A stretch of DNA of 64,000 nucleotides from Pelomyxa schiedti (lineage: Eukaryota; Protista; Evosea). Each line of letters starts with the position of its first letter. Within the stretch, counting starts at the first letter, position 1. The position numbers and the translations under genes were made by a program. This document shows positions 38,209 to 51,493 of the stretch, piece by piece. The notes beneath the pieces are model-generated. The model was not told where the DNA came from. It searched no databases and saw only the letters and a program-made list of their open reading frames with translations. The DNA lies in the NCBI GenBank assembly GCA_020536535.1, contig JAHLWZ010000034.1, forward strand, positions 1 through 64,000. Reading direction: 5' to 3'.

Positions 38209-39963
38209 ATGAAGTGTTCGTCGTGCGAGGTGGCCGCAGCGACGTTGAATTGCCAACACTGTGGGGTTCTGTGCTGTGCGTGCTCGACCCAATTGCACTC
38301 CATGAAGGTGCTCTCGTGGCACACCCCATGCCCAATCTCAGAACCACAACTGTCTGATGTCAACAACGCACCTGGTACAACCGCAGCGGCAGCGGCACCC
38401 GCGGTCTCGTCGGCCGCAACAACAACAAGGCTGGAAAAGGAAATGCAGTGCGCGGTGCACGGCAAGGAGATGGATCTGTTCTGCGTGAAGGACGATGTGG
38501 TTGTGTGTGCCCACTGCTTGCTTAAGGGGCCACACATCGACCCTTCAACAGGGGTGCCGCACACGAGCGAGCCACTGGAAACCGCTGTTGTGAGGATGAG
38601 GAAGCAGCTGGGCGACGGGAAGGCGTTTTTGTCTGAGCTGAGCGACACTCTGTGCGCAAGAAAAACCCAGCTGGATGCTGAGCAGTGCCGCATTGCCGAG
38701 GTTTCTCTTCCCTGTTGAACTGGAGATTACCCACTCAACTCCCATGCTTTTTTTTTTTTTTTTGCTTTTTTTTTGAAGAGGTGTGAGGCTGCCAAGGCTG
38801 AGGCGCACAGACAAATTGCAACTCTCAGAACGGCACTTGGGGAAAGAGAAAGCCAACTGATTTCTCAGATTGAAACACTCAGCAGCGAGAGGGGTGTGCT
38901 GCTTTCTCTTTTTTTTTTTCTCACAACCTTGAAGTTGCAAATATCAGGAGACTCTCTGATCAGCGGGATGAGTTATCCACACAAATTGCACAATCACAGT
39001 CGGCACTGAAGAACGTTGAGCTTCTTCCTTCCTTTCCCTTTCTGCTTTCATGCAAACAGTCCCTGGAGACACATGTTGCACCCCTTCGCACAATACAGCT
39101 GTCTGCTCCTGGGCTGGATGGGGAAGTAGAATTTTACCCCCCAAACCCTCAGTTTGCCACGCAGCAAATCATGTCATTCGGTTTTATTTCGCCTGGAGTA
39201 TGCTTCAAACAGAGCTCATTTTCAGCCAGTCCTCAACAGTGCGACGTTCACATCACTGAGACAACAGTGATCAAGGTCACATCGTCACTGTGTGACCAAA
39301 ATGGACAACCCGTCAACGAGACTGTGGCATCAAAGATACCCTTGCAGTTGCATGCTTGTTTCGTCGTGTGTTTGACTTCATACTCCCCAACCAAACATAA
39401 TAAAACTCATTAAAACATGCTAGGATTCTCCCAGTGAAGATCCACGAGTGAAAGTGAATGGGCTCTCCGTTGAAGTTGGTCCTTTCACGAAACCGGGGCA
39501 CCACAAACTGTCACTGCAACTGCATCCATTCGTAACACCGGTTGTTGTGACCCTGGATGTGAGAACTTTGGCAATTGGAATCGGGAGATCAACTGCCACA
39601 TACCCGGGGTACAGAATGATGATCTTGAGCGACTTCACTGAGGAACCAATGAAGACCAGAGTCTTTGATATTGCCTCTGCGCACGGTGGTGCTTTCCAGA
39701 GCCTCGCCTCGTTCACACCTAACAACATCTGCCTGATACAAGAGGGATTTGTGGAGTTTGGTGGGTCTGACAATTACCTTCAGGCCACCAGCACTTACGG
39801 GACGGGGGACACAGCACCAGTTGGGCAGTGGAACGTGTGCTATTTATACAAAAACACTGGTCGGAACTTCTCACAGTTGAGGAACGAAGCCGTAACAGCA
39901 AGAGGACCAGCCAGAGCAGACGCCGTTCCTGCTCTGTTTGTGTCAGACACCCACAGTTCGTGA
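38209..39963 (+). CDS. RING-less TRIM-like protein, copy 2 (tandem paralog)
   Basis: Same domains and intron positions as 36238-38102. The middle exon stays in frame after splicing (VANIRRLSDQRDELSTQIAQSQSALKNVELLPSFPFLLSCKQ...). Confidence 0.87.
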
Positions 39964-40029
39964 AAATTTCATGCCTTGAGCTGGAAACCAAAAACGAACT
40001 AGTTACGTAAAACAAAAAAAAGTGTCATT

Positions 40030-43000
40030 TTAGCCCCCCTTGTGAACAAAGTGGTCCTCCTTTTCAGATAATTCGATGATTTTGACCAGAGCCTCAGGTT
40101 CAAACAACTCACTGCATGCGGCATCCACATTCCACTCGTAGCGACGCAAGGCAGCCTGAACAACCTTGCGGGACATTTCAGGGTGAACTTCCAGCACTGA
40201 GGATACAAGCTTTTCGATGTCCTTTGGGAGCCACGTTGTTGGGTGGTGTGTGGCACAGTCCGGGTTGTGGCACTCTTTTGGTGGGGTTTGTTGCTGGCCT
40301 GTCGAGGGTTTGTTTGTTGTGGTGCTACTGATGGAGTTTCCTCCACCATCGGTGGTGATTGTTGTGTTGGAAGAGAGGCTGCCGGGTGGGGCACTGGGTG
40401 GCCGGCTTGGAACTTCTGCTGGAATTGTTCCGGAAATGACTGGTGCTTCTGCGGGAAGGGTTGTGGATGTTGATGAGGGCTGCTGGTTTTTGGTTGTTGA
40501 TGCGGTGGCTTGTGTTGTTGCTGGTGTTTGTTGTTGGTTTGTTGAGGAGGCGGGTGTTGCGCCGCCGGGTTCTTGTTGTTGTGCCTGTTGTTTCTGCTGC
40601 ATTTCTTTCTGTATTCGTTCCTTCTCCTGTGCCTCCTTAGCTTCGAAGTATTTGTGGAGAATCAAGGGGTAACACGATTATAGTTTGTGAACAAGGAAAT
40701 AAATTGTAAGGATATTCTTGCCACTGTTTGGCTGTGAAGTTTTCAGGCGGTACCACATCCGGATTTGCTTTCTTGTACATTGTGAGGGCCTCTTTTGCTT
40801 CGCGAATGCTTGTGGTTATAAGCACGGCTTCCTCTTTCTGTTGTAGTGCCACGTCACTTTCTACTGCGGGTAATTCCTAAATAGTAGGTTTAAAAGAAAA
40901 GAAGAAAAAGAAAATGGTGTGCAGGGGATGCTCACAATTTCCTTCATTGCGTTCCTCAGTGAAGTGAGTGACATATATGTTGAATTTCTCCTCCAGCTCT
41001 TGTCTTCACTTGGTGTTTGTGTTGAACTTGGGTTGGTGGTTGTGGAGGTTGGTGGAGGTGCGGACTCCACCGGAGAAGCTGGAGGGGGAGGTAATTTAGA
41101 GGTTAGAGCCTCAATATCGGTGAGACATTCAGGTCCAAACAGGGTTCTGTGAACAAAAGTTAGGAAAGAAGAAAACCTTGTGGTGATCAAATAACCTGAG
41201 CTTGTGATCCAAGTAGGAGGAAATCCACATAAGCTCGTTTTGGTGTGCGTTCAGGTACCTTGTTGCAGACGGTACTGTTGCATACATTCTCACAATGAAC
41301 TTCACCATATTGTATGTTTGTGGGACATAACGCATGTGATGCTCATGGATGAGCAACAAGACTCCCTTTTCACTGTTGGGTATTGGATAGTTGGCTAAAA
41401 TGATGATTGCTCGCATGTCTTGAAGAGAGTCGTTAACCTTGAGCATGCTTTCCAGGTGACCTTGTTTTAGACACGATCAGATTAAAAACGAAAAAATGAA
41501 TTTGATATCCAATACCAAGCATAATTGGAATTTTTTCTGGAGCTTCAATGGATGGCAGATAATAATTTAGTATCCACAGTGCTCGTGTGATTAGATATTT
41601 GGAGCGACATGAATCTTCCCAGGAAAGGTGTTGCAGCATTTCGCATTCTGCTGGATTATTATAATTCATCTCCAGCATTGCTTTAAGGAAAACCTATGGC
41701 CACCTGTTAGACTGAATTGTATGACAGACGGGGAAATTTCAGACCGGCTCTATCAAATGTTTTTTTATGCCTGGTGGTGTTGGCAAAATTGTTGTGTTTG
41801 GCTAATTGACTGTAAGAAACGTTATAATAATTAACCTGCTCATACCAACGTAAGTGGCGTCACTCCATCTTCAAAAGGACCCTGGAAACATCCACGTACA
41901 ATGAATCCCAGGGCGCCAATGAACTCCACCAAGTCTGGAAGTGTTTGGTTGTCCATAACTAACACACGTGTACCCTAACAGAAAGAGTCAGTGTATTAAA
42001 GAAAGTTAAAAAAAGGGAAACATTTTTGGGATAGCCCATGAACCAATCGTTATACAGTCCAAAAATATCTTTACTAATGAGATAATTTCGCTAAAAACCG
42101 AGTTAGCAGCAGGGGAAAGTGGGAAGAAGACGAAGGCAACTTGTTTATGCCCCATTGCAGCAAATCCTTGGTACAATTTGAAGTACTGCTTAAACCGTTT
42201 CCAATAACCCCTACAAGGCTCAAGCTAAAAAAAAAAATAAGAAAATGAAAAATAGAGAAGAGCTTGGCTTTTACCAAATCAAACACTGCTTCCATGAACC
42301 TTACTGAGATGGCCTGAGGCAAGGAAATTGCTGGCTCATTTTCCTAGAGGAAACAAAAAGGAAGATGAGAGAAGAGTCGGCCCAAGGAATTACAAACTTT
42401 GGTTGAAGGCTCAATGGCATATTGTTCCCATATTTCGTACTCCAATGGAGATAGACATTTAAGTGCATGAATGATCAAGTCTGAGACATAAATTCGTATC
42501 TACCAGAACATGAGAAACGAGATTGGAATTGCAAAGTTTGCCATACTCTTTCAACAGTGCATTCAAGTAACATTTCTTTCAACTTTCCAGAGGTTCTAAT
42601 GTACTCCAGAAGCCAGCGGCAAGCCTTTGATGTGTAAAAACTTTCGGTTCGTATTTATTATCAGTAAATCGTGAGCTGAAAGACGCACTGGGATGTGGTT
42701 GGAAAGATGGCTTTTAAGTTGATTTATCCAATCCCCAAAGGACTTCGAGTGTCGGGCATGAGCCAGAGTTTCAAATACGAAGTATGTAGCAAGTTGAAGG
42801 GTTTTAAATGCAACATCATTCGCGTCACATTCCAAATCTGTTGAGGTTAAACTGGAGTTTCAGTGGAAGAGATCAACCAAGCTTTGGCTTGAAAGAAAGT
42901 AGTTTAACAATTTCCAGCAAGAAGTCGAAGTATGCTGGATCAAACAATTGACAATCACGGATAAACTTGGCGTTTTCTTCATGAACTTGCCTGAACCCCA

Positions 43001-46000
43001 ACAGTTAGATTAAAAAAAAATGTAAAAAACAAGTCTTCTCAACTTCAGGAGACCCGTTGTTAGAATTCCATCTGCAGGGTTTTCCTTTGGCTCCTAGTAG
43101 AACGATGAGGATAATGCGGTCATTGCGGAAGGACCTGCATTTTTTTCATAAAACAGCATATAGGCACTGCAAGTTCTTGTACTTTCACTCTTCACTTGTT
43201 GTTTTGTAGATACGTCCCAGTGAGAAATTGTATGCTTTCCACCATAGCATTCTGAAGCGAGATTTTTCTAAATTACTTCACTAAAGGAAAGATCAAGATT
43301 TGAGGAACATACCACATCAAACCGGGAAACACTCCTATCATTAAATTCGTACCATTTACCAATTGTCCTATCTTTAATTATGGAGTAATAGTGACCTGAC
43401 TCCGCCTCACCACTATGGACCAAGACACCAACTAATTGATACTCATAATAGCTTTGTGGTAATGCAGAAGCTTGCTCTCTTTCTCTTTCAGAAACAGCCA
43501 ATCCATCCCTTTCAGATAGACCCTCAATTGTCCAGGGTTTCATGTTCAAATTCATTGGAAATTCGAGAAAGTCATGCAGCTTCTTATGGTTTGCATTGAA
43601 GTCATATTCAAATCTCTTCAAATGCACAATGAGTGTTGGAGGAAGTTCCTTGACGCAGACTCGTTTTATGGCATTCACTTTACTGCTGTACTGGTCACAG
43701 TAGAATGCATTGTCACCCTCAAGTTTATCAGGAGCAACATAGAGATCAAAAGCTTCCTCGAGTGTTTTCTTGTTCTTGATGTCAATTGATAGCACATGGA
43801 AATCCTCCAACCTCTCAGATGAATAGGGCATGTCTTTTTCCACACTTTTTATTTGATTTGCAAGCTTACCAACAAAAAATGTGGGGAGTTGCTTCTCCTG
43901 TGGGGTTCCCTTCAACTGCTGCTCCAAACGTTGCCACAGAAAATTGAAGAACTCATCAACATCCTGCTGGTGATGGATTACCATAGTCTGACCAGTTGCT
44001 TCTTGGTAAGCACTACAAAATCCCTCAGTGTTATAAACACCTTTAGCACTCTCTTGCAAATTGGCAAACATTGCTTGTAATTGACCAACGAGGGATTTCT
44101 TTGTTAAGTGAGATGGAGGATTCGCGGCCGTGGAAGTGGGTTGTGCATTTGGCTGAGCTTGTTCAACGGGCTCTTGAAGTTCAACAGATAAGAGGGTTTT
44201 GACCAAACCCTTGATCATGAAAAGTTGCTGCAAAAAGGAATTCATGTAACATGTATTGCCAAGATTAGTTAAGCCCACAAATCCAGAATCAGTTTTGTCC
44301 TGTTCCCCAGGGTGGTAATCCCATGAAGTCACCCTAATTGCAGACAGGCAGCAAGTCAATGAAGTTCAAGGAAAGAGAAGTAACTTACTTGAGACCACCG
44401 CTATGATGTGGCATAATCAACTGTATAAGTTCTATCAAATTCTCCTGGTGATTTTTACATAGCTCAACAAGAAGAGACAATATGGCAATTCTTGCGGCTG
44501 AGGACTTGCATTTAGGGAATGGTGGGGAATCAACACCAGCGCGCATCGCAAATAAATCCAAGTACAAATCGCCTATAATGCTAGTCCCAGTCTCCTTCCA
44601 TGCAAGAGTGATACTCCGTTTTAAATCGTCACTCTTAGATAGCAGAGAATTTAGAAGAGTTACAAGGCCAACTAGAAAATCGTCAACATCTGAAGTGCGT
44701 AGCTCAACAATGGGCCGGCTTCGTATCAAAGAACCAATGTGTGTAGAAAGAGTGGAAGGAGAAAGAGAGTTTGGCCACCCCAGAATATAGCACAATTCGA
44801 AGAGGCGGCACATCAAGTTAAAATATTGTTTACAGTACTTTGTCTGAGCTTTGTCAAACTTGTCACTAGTCTCTGGCAAAAACTGAAGAAGTTGTGTGCA
44901 GAAGAATGTTAGTGCACCCAGGTGATTTGTGCGGCGGACAAGCTCGAAGAGACCCTCAGCACAGGCCTGCCGTATACTCTGCTCTGGGCAAAGAAGAAGA
45001 GCAGCTTTGAGATGTTGAGTACCCTCAACCTGTGACCGTAACTGTGTGAACATCTCTTCCGGGTTGCTGGTGAAGCAAAATACCACTAGTGTCATTGCAT
45101 ACATTACCAGTAGTCCATCAGAACGGTCAGGTGAGGGTTGAGCAGCTGTTTGCCAAATCATGGAAAGCAGCAACTGCTGCAGTTGCTTGAAATCGAATAT
45201 CTTCAGCTGAAGGTCAACTGCGGCGGGAGGAATTTGAGCTAAGATCAGAGACTCCAGACTTGCAGACTCAACGTTCTTGCTCAAAACTCTCAAGAAGAAC
45301 TCGACAATCTTGAGGATCAGTGCTAAACAACTCTTGTAAACTGCCTGTGTGGCATCACTGAACAGAGCAGTGTTGGAAATGCTTGTGCATAACATATTGT
45401 ATAGGTGCCTCAAGCCTCCCTGTGTGAGAAAGCTTGAGCACCAATTTATTCTTGTTGGGTCCTCAACTGACTTCATATCCAACGGAAATACGATGGAATC
45501 AACCATTTGAAGAGAGTACAGCATCTTGAAATGGGAGTGTGTGTCAAATAGCTCACTCCAGTCTGGTGTTTCACCAGATTCCCCAGAGCGTCGGAACTTC
45601 AGAAAGTGCATGTCTTGTTGCATCATCTTTGCTGTTGGGATATCCATGAGTAACTCCCATGTTCGCATGCAAATGGAAGAGTTTTTAGAGTTCAGAAGCT
45701 GGAAAATTTGATCAAAAAGGGAACTGTTTGACGCAATAAGGTAGCCAGGGTGCTCTTCAAAAACAAGAGACACTGCTTGAGAGGATGACTGTGAAGATGA
45801 TTGCGAAGGAGCCAGAAGTTCTGCACGCTCTGCCTCGGCCGTGAGTTCACGACGCTTAGTTTCATCAAACATATATGCAGCAGCTGTGTCAATAACCCAT
45901 CCAGTCTTCGTAAGTACAACTACTGCAAGTGAGCGAGAGATTGCGCAGAAATCCATGAGTTGTGCAATTTTGGCATCGGCATCCGCGGGTGGTGCCACAG

Positions 46001-49000
46001 CAGGTGGGGGTGGGGCAGGGGGTGGATATGAATTTGTAGAAGTGATACGAGAACGGTTGTAAGTCTGCTGCTCGGAAGTGAGTTTTTCTGGAAAAGACAC
46101 GGAAACCAGTTGCTTGTCGGTGACATTAAGTTGTTGAAGTGTGACAGTGTCATCTAGTAAGACATCACGATTCATTGTTATAATAATGTCACTTGTTTGA
46201 CCAGAGAAATTTGGCCCAAGGGACACCTTAATATGCTGGCGAAGGTCACCAACTGTCACGTTGGAATGTAAATCAAGAGTAAAATCTGTCTTTGTTTGTG
46301 CTGTACTGTCAGGCTGGGTTGTTGAAGGGGAGGCAGTTGGCATTGCACTGGAAAGGCAAACTCGGAGAGTTACTGGTTTTCCACGTGTAGTGGAGCCATG
46401 TGATTTACTTTTACTCTGTGCGGTATCGTACTGTGAAATATATTGTTTCAAAATAAGGAGACATCTCAATATTCCTGGTTCAGATTGGGTAGACAGTTGG
46501 CTAAGGAAGGCCTAGAGATAAAATAATCTTCAAAAAAAGACAAGAAAAATAGAGGTGAGTACCAGGCATGTGGTCAAAAATTCTTCATGTAGTTCCACAA
46601 CACTAACGGACTTCTTCAGGCCAGGGGAAAATGAAGAATGTATTCTCTGTAAAAGCTGAATAGCACTTCTAGAAACACTTTCTGTTGTAGAGAAGGCTAT
46701 TTCCCATAAACGAGTGTAGCCACTAAGCTTCTTGGGTTTCGAGAGGACTTCAAAATCATCAGGCTGAGTATTAATCAGTCAGAGGTATTGGGTAATGAGA
46801 GGAGGATACGAAGCACCTTTTTAGGGCTCCACCCTACAAGCTTGAGATGGGAATTAATTTCACCAAACCACGCCTTGAAGCATCGAAATTCAGCTTCTGA
46901 ACACGGAGAAAGAGGAGTGTGCCCAGAACACATCTTATCATTAAACAATGCAATCATGGCCAGCATGCCAATTGCAGCATTACCACCTTCAACAAGTGGA
47001 ACCCGTATCATAAGAAGCCAATTGTAAAAAATTTCAGACATGACAGCAGAGTTTGAGCCCACCATGAGGTCCCATAGACCAAAGAGCTGTTCAAGCTTCA
47101 AATCTTCAATACCAGTGAAACAAGTTCATTTACCCAATGGAAGTTTACCTAAGGAAGACGACAAAATGAGACGCAAGAAAGATAAACGGGAGTCAATCTC
47201 TTTGTTTGCATCATTTCCATTCTAATTTTAATTGGAAAATTGCGCAATACAAGAACAAAGAACCTTATCTACTGGAAAGGTGGCAGACTTGATATAATGT
47301 GTGAAGTCAACTAAGAATATTTCCAGTAGACTATACTCTCCTTCCATATCTTTTATTAAAGATGCTGAATCTTTTTGGTCTGCTTCTTGTTTTTGTGGGA
47401 ATGTGCCTTTGTTATAAACAAACCATGAGTAAGATAAATACACCATCTATTAGAATAACACACTGAGAATGGCACAGAGTAATTCATAGTTGCATCCCAC
47501 TGCCGTTCCTTCTTTAATATTGGTTATTAGTTTCTTTATCCACTCCATTCTGAATGATTTGAATTGAGGTGTCTTGGAAATCTCCTGGAGATATGAGAGT
47601 GCTTGTGTGCGAACATCTAGTGAAGAGCAGTTTGACGGCTGGGAGCAACTAGCAATTTGCCAAAGGAGTTCAATCATCTCACACTATAGATTATTAGAAC
47701 TTGAAGCACTTGATATTTAGGAACCCTGTGCTGTGTCTCTTTGCATTTTCGGCTGAGGTCATTTATCAGATACAGAACATTCATGGGCATTGACGGAAAA
47801 GGTAAAGCCTACCAACTATGAGACAAATGAAGGAAATGTGTGGTACAAACCTTTATCAAGCTGAGAAGCAGTTCTATTTTATCAGGATGAAAACTGGAAC
47901 AATCTGCTCCAATAGATCTGGCAGCCGTAGTGGCCACAGTTTCATGAGAGTTCTATGCCACGTGAAAAAAAAAAAAAGAGAGAAACAGTTTAAAGATAAC
48001 CATGATAGTGTTCCACATTATCGTGAGATGTGCTTCTGTTAAAGCATTTGCTGTGGCCAAAAAGCGTAACAAGTCAGACATTCGTGAGAGAAGTTGCTGA
48101 TGTGCCGACGGTCCGTAAAGTGCATCAATGACGCCATTGTCTTCAAGCCATTTGATGAAGTATTTTGAGGTCATCCACTTTGTGGACTTGGATGCAGTTG
48201 ACTGGGGTGCAGATTGCTTTTTTTTTTTAGTGGTTATTGGATGGAAGTTGTAGCAACAACCTCAGAATTTCGTATGTAGAGTGACATGTTGCTGATACTT
48301 TGAAGCCCATAAACTCGCTTTTCTAAGAATCCACTGGTGAAACACTTTAGGGCTACACTAAGAGACATTGTTTCCATGATTTCACCACATTCAGCTGCAG
48401 GTATAACCTTAACTGGATTAAAAGTCACAACAATCAAAACCTTCTTACTGATTCCAAAAGGTGTGTCAGTTGTAGAATAATTTTATCAACATCATCCTTC
48501 TTCATTAGCTTGATCTCTTCATTTGTGATGTTCTGCAGTCTGTTATTAACAAGTGTCTGCAAATCCGATATCAGAGTTGGTTGTAATGTTGGAAGCAAGC
48601 ACTTGCTGTTCTTCATCTTCAAAGTTGTTTGTTAAAATTAACACAAGTTTGAAAGGTGTACCAAAAAGAATATTTCTACAATAATGCGAATATCGGATAT
48701 GGTACATTTAGTTGGCCCTTTGGCAATATGGGCCAAAAATATAGGGAACCCCTTCTTTGCGCCAAAGAAATTTAACAGCTCAACTACCATAGTGTTGTTA
48801 ACATTGGTTGTCACTGTCTGTTGCAAAATAATCAATAAGACTTTTTGGTGGAGATGAGCAGTACTGGTACAACAGCAAAACACAGCTCTGGGGGAAGAGA
48901 TGGTTCAGTTAATGGTGTTGCCGTTTTAGCCAAGTAGAAAACCAGATCAGTATTGAAAATATAGGTGAGAACTTCAAAAATATCAGATGCCCCACGTTCT

Positions 49001-49738
49001 AGAAAAGAAATGGAACTCTCAATTACACTCTTTAAAAACACCAAGAGTTTTTCTATAACTCTGTCCTCTGTGAACCTGGATTGGTTTTTTTTTTTTTTAA
49101 ATGAAAAGGACAATTTGAATTCATCATGTACTAACTTGTGGTTCATTATCTTTTTCACAAATCCAAGCAAACCAGTGGCAGTGAAAAATGTTTGTTGGTC
49201 AGTTGGGAGCTGTGCCTCTGCCAGCTTAGTGAGCAAGCCAGTCATTCGTTCCACACACTCCACAGTATCTCTCTCTTGGACCCACTTAATTCAACAAATA
49301 CAAATGCAACACAGTAACTTCCAATGCCATAACTATCCACGCACAACACAGTATCAATGAGGAAAAGAAAAAAAGAAAAAAAAAAAAAAAACCAAAAAGC
49401 AATAACCAAAACAAACAGAAGGGTGCGAGGAGTGTGCTGTCCCACTCACCAAATTCCACCCTGTTCTCACAGCATTTCACCAGACCCCTGAAATCCCCCT
49501 CCTTCACCGAAGCAAACGGCGACGCCGGCACACTCGTCGTCGTTGCAGTAGTCGTGGTCGTGGTGCTGGCGCTGCCGCTGGTTGCCGACGAACCCCCGCC
49601 ACTCGGCGCCGCGGGCGTCGCGGCCGACGCAGCCGTCGCGGGCGTCGTCGAGGACGATGATGACGATGTGGCGGCATTTACTCGTTTGGCATTGAGGGGG
49701 TCGTCGTCCACGGGCTCACTTCGGGCCACTTTGCCCAT
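40030..49738 (-). CDS. Large ubiquitin carboxyl-terminal hydrolase (USP9/24/34-like) with internal Ubl and UBA-like and C-terminal CUE-like domains
   Basis: Cys box GFVGLTNLGNTCYMNSFLQQLF; HQQDVDEFF; LIVHLKRFEYD; His box YQLVGVLVHSGEAESGHYYSIIK...WYEFND; long helical N-terminal region (LEKRVYGLQSI, WELLMDIPT). Confidence 0.93.
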
Positions 49739-49956
49739 TCCGGTTTTCTTTTTTCTTAGGTGCGTGTTGGCTCGGCCGAGCGTCTTTTTCTTGGATTTTG
49801 TTTTTTCGTTGGGTTTTTTGGTTGTTTTTCACCCAATTGTTTATTTCTTTCCTTTTTGACCTTTCGGCGGTGGGAACACCCAGCATCGATGGGTGGGTTT
49901 GCTGCTAACTTGATGTGTGCGGGCGTGAGTAGTCACTAGAGTTGGGAGCTTTTGCT

Positions 49957-51264
49957 TTATGGTTCGGCTCCTTGTTCTCGTGCAAGGCTGATGATGTCTC
50001 CTAGTACACCTGCGGCTGTGCAAGGTCCACCGGCGCCATGGCCACTTAGTATTAGGGGTATGTCAGGGTGCACAGCGGTTCTGAACAGGAGATAGGCAGC
50101 TCCACTGGCTGGTGCTGACCCCTTTGGCACTTCAACCAGCCCAACGGTTATTGTGCACTTGCCGATGTTCTCGCCACTGCGGATCTTCTCGATCCGGGCC
50201 ATGTACTTTAATGTGGCGCCATGTGAGACAGCAAGGGCACTCCGTCTGGCGATGTCTTCATCCATGGCCTCCAGCCCAGAAAGAAATTCTTCGGGTCCAA
50301 CTTTGGGATCCGCTAGAGCAGGGGGGTACAGTGACTCGAGTTTAACATCCGTTGGCTCCATGTGCCATCCTGCCATTCGGGCAAGAATCAGAACTTTTCT
50401 GCCAACATCAGCACCAGCCAAATCGTCTCTGTTGAAGAGGTTAGAAAAGAAGTTCCTTTCCATGAGATCGATGAACCTGGGGTGTGGTTCAGTGTATCCT
50501 GATTCTTTGGCTGTCCTAACAGCCTTCGAAAAAGGAACACCTTTTTCAACCTCAGACAGCACATAAGCCAGTGTTCCTGATAGTTGTCCTTCAATAGCTA
50601 AAATCTAACCTCAGAGTAAAAATCTTGGCTGTATTTTATTATGAGGTTTACCTCGTCAGATGTGTCCATGATGTACCTTAGCATGGCAATCACAGGAATG
50701 CCTCCTCCAACTGTCGACTCATGGCGCACGCGTGGGTTGCTAATAAGACGTGCACACTGTGCCCAGGGGCCAGCAAGGGGTTTTTTATTTGCAAGAACCA
50801 CGCGGAATCCCAAATCGAGACCCAACACCAACGCCGCTTGAGTTAAAGGTGAAGCAGTGACATCTACTAGTACTTTCAGTGCCTCTGGCAAAAACCTATC
50901 AATGTGTGCAGAAAAGTTCCTCACGATTTCCTCAAGTTGGTGTGTCGGACCGCCCTCAGTGTTAAGCTAAGCATAAATTGTAAGGGAAAAAAAAAAGGGC
51001 AGTTAAGAGGGAGCCGCGACACACCCTGTTTGTTCGTGCCTTGCACTCCAAAGCAGCCACGAATTCTGCCCTGGGAGAAATGCCACCAGACAAACCCACA
51101 ACCGACGAGGAATCAACCCAGCCAACAATCTCCACCGTTGCACCAACGGCATTTCGCCATCCGGCCAGCGTCTCAACATCAACCAACTTCTTCACAACCG
51201 CAGTTCCAACCAACCCAGCGCCGATGACCACAACGGCCACTCGTACGTGTTTGTGAGAAGACAT
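49957..51264 (-). CDS. hom: Homoserine dehydrogenase, monofunctional, complete, three introns
   Basis: Rossmann VVIGAGLVGTAV; VLVDVTAS; ANKKPLAG; ESTVGGGIPV; GQLSGTL; GYTEPHPRDDLAG; LILSGHGAGGPCTAAGVLGDII. Confidence 0.95.
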
Positions 51265-51454
51265 CGCCTTGCTCGAGCAAAGGAGGATTTTTTGGGCAAA
51301 ATTCGAATTGTTTTTCTTTCTCCTTCGGAGACTGATCGGTACCATAATTTTTTTCGGAGGTCCACTCTGGCTCGGTAAGTATTCTGCTCTGAACAGTTCA
51401 GTGTTCCTGTGATTGTTTCACGCCTGCTAATATCTGAAAACCATTGGAGAACAT

Positions 51455-51493
51455 CTCAGTGGATGATGAGGTTTTTTTTTTTCATCCACTGAG
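51455..51493. repeat. Perfect 12-bp inverted repeat with 15-nt T-rich loop in the hom/CCT5 divergent spacer
   Basis: CTCAGTGGATGA...TCATCCACTGAG. Confidence 0.85.

Noticed and set aside
38940-39260. TRIM-like copy 2 looked frameshifted in the ORF track
   Set aside because: With the acceptor at ...TTGAAG the exon is open and collinear with copy 1.
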